Assembly: GCA_964527215.1 (NCBI GenBank)
Contig: CAZGNZ010000018.1
Location: forward strand, 16,523 to 80,522
Origin: an uncultured bacterium
GTDB lineage: Bacteria > Fidelibacterota > Marinisomatia > SCGC-AAA003-L08 > JACNLC01
DNA: 64,000 nucleotides
Direction of reading: 5' to 3'
A program made the position numbers and the translations under genes. Position 1 is the first letter of the stretch; every line of letters starts with the position of its first letter. The notes under the pieces are model-generated. The model was not told where the DNA came from, searched no databases, and saw only the letters and a list, made by a program, of their open reading frames with translations. Shown here piece after piece: positions 61,210 through 64,000 of the stretch.

Positions 61210-63456
61210 TTGAATCTGCTGAGACGGAAGGTAAAAATAACCGGGGCGGTTCAGGGTGTCGGATTCCGCCCTTTTGTTTACCGTCTTGCTTTGGAACTGA
61301 ACCTGAAGGGGACGGTGGCCAACACAGCTGCCGGCGTATTTATTGACGTGGAGGGTTCATCCTCCGATATCGTTTCCTTCACGCGTCGGGTACAGGAAGA
61401 GGCCCCTTCCGTCAGTATGATAGAAAAAGTGGAATCCGTCGACATCTCGGATCCCGCCGGATTTACCGAATTCACCATTATCCGCAGTGAGCATTCGGGT
61501 GACAGGACCGTGACCATTCTCCCGGATCTTGCCACCTGCCCCAAGTGTCTTGAAGACATTCGTGATCCTCAAAACCGCCGCTACCGGTATTCGTTCACCA
61601 ACTGCACATACTGCGGACCGCGTTTTTCCATCATTCGTGATCTGCCTTATGACCGTCCTTTTACCGAAATGCATGAGTTTCAAATGTGCCCGGAATGCCG
61701 GAAAGAGTATGAATCGCCATTGGACCGGCGGTTTCATGCCCAGCCCAATGCCTGTCCGAAGTGCGGACCCCATCTGTCAGATGAAACCGGCACAGAACTT
61801 TCAGATAATGCCATTTTACGGGCGACCAGACGGAAGCTGGCAGACGGAGCCATCATTGCCCTGAAAAGCATTGGCGGGTTTCAACTGTTATGCAATGCTG
61901 CCAGCCATGAAGCCGTTCTTGAACTTCGACGCCGAAAGCAGAGGGAGGAAAAACCATTTGCCGTGATGGTGTCTGATTTGGAAACCTGCCGCCGCATATG
62001 CCATGTTTCCCGGGAGGAAGCCGATCTTCTGACCAGTTCTGCCGCACCCATTACGCTGCTGAAAACACGGACCGATCCGGAAATTATCATCTCCGACCTG
62101 GTGAATCCGGACAATCCCAATCTGGGGGTAATGCTCCCTTATACCCCATTGCATTCAATTCTGTTTGACGATCCGGAAGAAATCTGCCCAAAAGTACTGG
62201 TGTGCACTTCCGGAAATATGCATGATGAACCCATCGCCATTGACAATCAGGAAGCCAAGGCCAGGCTTCGGCATATAGCGGATGGATTTGTGTTTCATAA
62301 CCGCGGTATAACGCGGCAGGTGGATGATTCGGTTGTAAGACATACTCTCTGCGGTACCCAGTATCTGCGGCGTTCGCGGGGATATGCGCCATTCCCTATC
62401 CTGCATGGAAAGATGTCTCCACCGATCCTCAGCGTGGGGGCACATCTTAAAAATACCATTGCATTGACTGCCGACGGACGTACCATTATCAGCCAGCATA
62501 TCGGCGATCTTTCAAACACGGAAGCGTTCAGCGCATTTGAGCGTGCGGCAGCGGATCTGCCGCGGCTGTATCAGCTTGCCCCGGAAGCAACGGCCTGCGA
62601 TGTCCATCCGGAATATACCTCCTCGGGCTTTGCGCATAAACTGGGTCTGCCTGTTATTGAAGTCCAGCATCATCACGCCCATATTGCAGCCGTCATGGCG
62701 GAGCACCGCATCAGCGAACCTGTATTTGGAATTTCATGGGACGGAACCGGACTGGGAGATGACCAAACGATCTGGGGCGGTGAGTTCCTGATCTGCGAAA
62801 ACGATACTTACCAACGGGTCGGGTATCTGAAGCCGTTCCCCCTGCCGGGTGGAGACAAGGCGGTAAAAGAACCGCGCCGAAGTGCTCTGGGACTGCTGCA
62901 TATCCTTGAAAAGGACTTTAAATTCAGTCACGGATACAATTCGGATGAACTCAAGGTGGTTCGTCAGATGCTGGACCGCTGCATCAATACCCCGGTGACT
63001 TCCAGCATTGGACGTCTTTTTGACGGAGTTTCAGCCCTGCTGAACATAAGGCAGGTCACACGGTTCGAGGGCCAAAGTGCCATGATGCTGGAATTTCAGT
63101 CTGCGGATACACGTGACCGCTATTCGATCGATTCCGACGGACCGGTTTGGGACTGGAGACCCATGCTTGAATGCATACTTTCTGATATCCGGAATCAACT
63201 ACCGGTATCCGTCATATCGGGAAAATTCCACAACTCCCTGATTCACCTGATGACGGCTGCCGCTCAAAGCAGCGGACTCAAAAAGGTGGTTCTGGGAGGA
63301 GGTGTTTTTCAGAACCGTATTCTGCTAGAGCAGGGTACTGTTGCCCTGGAAAAGGCTGGTTTCAAGGTGTATCACCCAATTGCCGTACCTGTAAATGACG
63401 GTGGAATTGCTCTGGGTCAGGCTTGGATAGCTGCTCAGCGGATTGGAAACGGTTGA
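61210..63456 (+). CDS. hypF: Carbamoyltransferase HypF
   Basis: GAVQGVGFRPF, two CxxC Zn fingers, RRFHAQP, QHHHAH, WDGTG and NDGGIALGQ motifs. Confidence 0.96.
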   Translation: MNLLRRKVKITGAVQGVGFRPFVYRLALELNLKGTVANTAAGVFIDVEGSSSDIVSFTRRVQEEAPSVSMIEKVESVDISDPAGFTEFTIIRSEHSGDRTVTILPDLATCPKCLEDIRDPQNRRYRYSFTNCTYCGPRFSIIRDLPYDRPFTEMHEFQMCPECRKEYESPLDRRFHAQPNACPKCGPHLSDETGTELSDNAILRATRRKLADGAIIALKSIGGFQLLCNAASHEAVLELRRRKQREEKPFAVMVSDLETCRRICHVSREEADLLTSSAAPITLLKTRTDPEIIISDLVNPDNPNLGVMLPYTPLHSILFDDPEEICPKVLVCTSGNMHDEPIAIDNQEAKARLRHIADGFVFHNRGITRQVDDSVVRHTLCGTQYLRRSRGYAPFPILHGKMSPPILSVGAHLKNTIALTADGRTIISQHIGDLSNTEAFSAFERAAADLPRLYQLAPEATACDVHPEYTSSGFAHKLGLPVIEVQHHHAHIAAVMAEHRISEPVFGISWDGTGLGDDQTIWGGEFLICENDTYQRVGYLKPFPLPGGDKAVKEPRRSALGLLHILEKDFKFSHGYNSDELKVVRQMLDRCINTPVTSSIGRLFDGVSALLNIRQVTRFEGQSAMMLEFQSADTRDRYSIDSDGPVWDWRPMLECILSDIRNQLPVSVISGKFHNSLIHLMTAAAQSSGLKKVVLGGGVFQNRILLEQGTVALEKAGFKVYHPIAVPVNDGGIALGQAWIAAQRIGNG

Positions 63457-63563
63457 TAATGGGGAATCTTCTCAACACTCACTGAATGCCAATGACACAT
63501 CCGGAATACGAACTGTCTCAACTCTGGGGCAGGAGGGTTAATGAACTGCGGTCAGCCCGGGGC

Positions 63564-64000
63564 TTATTCTATCAGGCTCTGATGAGGCTGGGAAGCGGGA
63601 AGTTCTACCTGAAAATCAGTGCCTTCTCCCACTTTGCTGGTAACTGAAATTCGACCGTCATGCTGCTCGATGATCCGTTTTACGATGGGCAGCCCCAACC
63701 CGGTACCCTTTTCCCGCTTGGAAAAGTAAGGTTCAAATATTCGGGAAAGATCTTCTTTAGAAATTCCCTTCCCGTTGTCACGTATTTGGATTCGAACCGT
63801 ATGATCCACCAGCTTCGTGTTAATGGTGATTTTGGCATTCTTCTCACATGCCTGAATACCGTTTTGAACCAGATTGGTCATCACCTGCTTCAGTTGGAAC
63901 TTGTCCGCCCGGATTTCTGAGATTTTCGGATCCAGATTCAATTCCACTTCTGCCCGGTCCATGTATGGGGTTACAAATTCCTCAAGGCAGATATTCAGAC
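63564..64000 (-). CDS. Histidine kinase, C-terminal HATPase domain (5' part outside window)
   Basis: NLVQNG, DNGKG, FEPYFS and GTGLGL motifs; frame open to the window edge. Confidence 0.9.
   Translation of the reverse strand, partial: LNICLEEFVTPYMDRAEVELNLDPKISEIRADKFQLKQVMTNLVQNGIQACEKNAKITINTKLVDHTVRIQIRDNGKGISKEDLSRIFEPYFSKREKGTGLGLPIVKRIIEQHDGRISVTSKVGEGTDFQVELPASQPHQSLIE

Overview
Chromosomal window of a Gram-negative bacterium, most likely FCB superphylum (Marinimicrobia/Calditrichota-like). This is inferred from a PorV-like gene, a FlgD-Ig/T9SS-type C-terminal domain, a DUF6588-like protein and dockerin-tailed secreted proteins. From left to right it holds: a truncated sodium:solute symporter; a siaD-siaB-siaC c-di-GMP module lacking siaA; and a ~15 kb glycan-utilisation cluster without SusCD (GH94 and GH130 phosphorylases, PPIase, CBM9-like protein, SSS transporter, esterase, ROK regulator, GH109). 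These are followed by housekeeping and DNA-metabolism genes (dgt, ada/ogt, cysQ-thyA-folA, ligA, ssb, orphan dnaA, priA, hypF) and a two-component system. No rRNA, tRNA, CRISPR array or transposase was recognised. Four signals stand out. (1) A dispersed family of 72-169 bp palindromic elements with IS200/IS605-like ends (5 copies); a filled and an empty site are both visible in the window. (2) A ~428 bp structured tandem repeat just downstream of dnaA. (3) IS1380-type MITEs, one with a 4-bp TSD. (4) Three secreted dockerin proteins with identical recognition residues, one being a non-catalytic cohesin-dockerin-CTD scaffold and another a CotH kinase, which suggests a non-cellulosomal surface complex.
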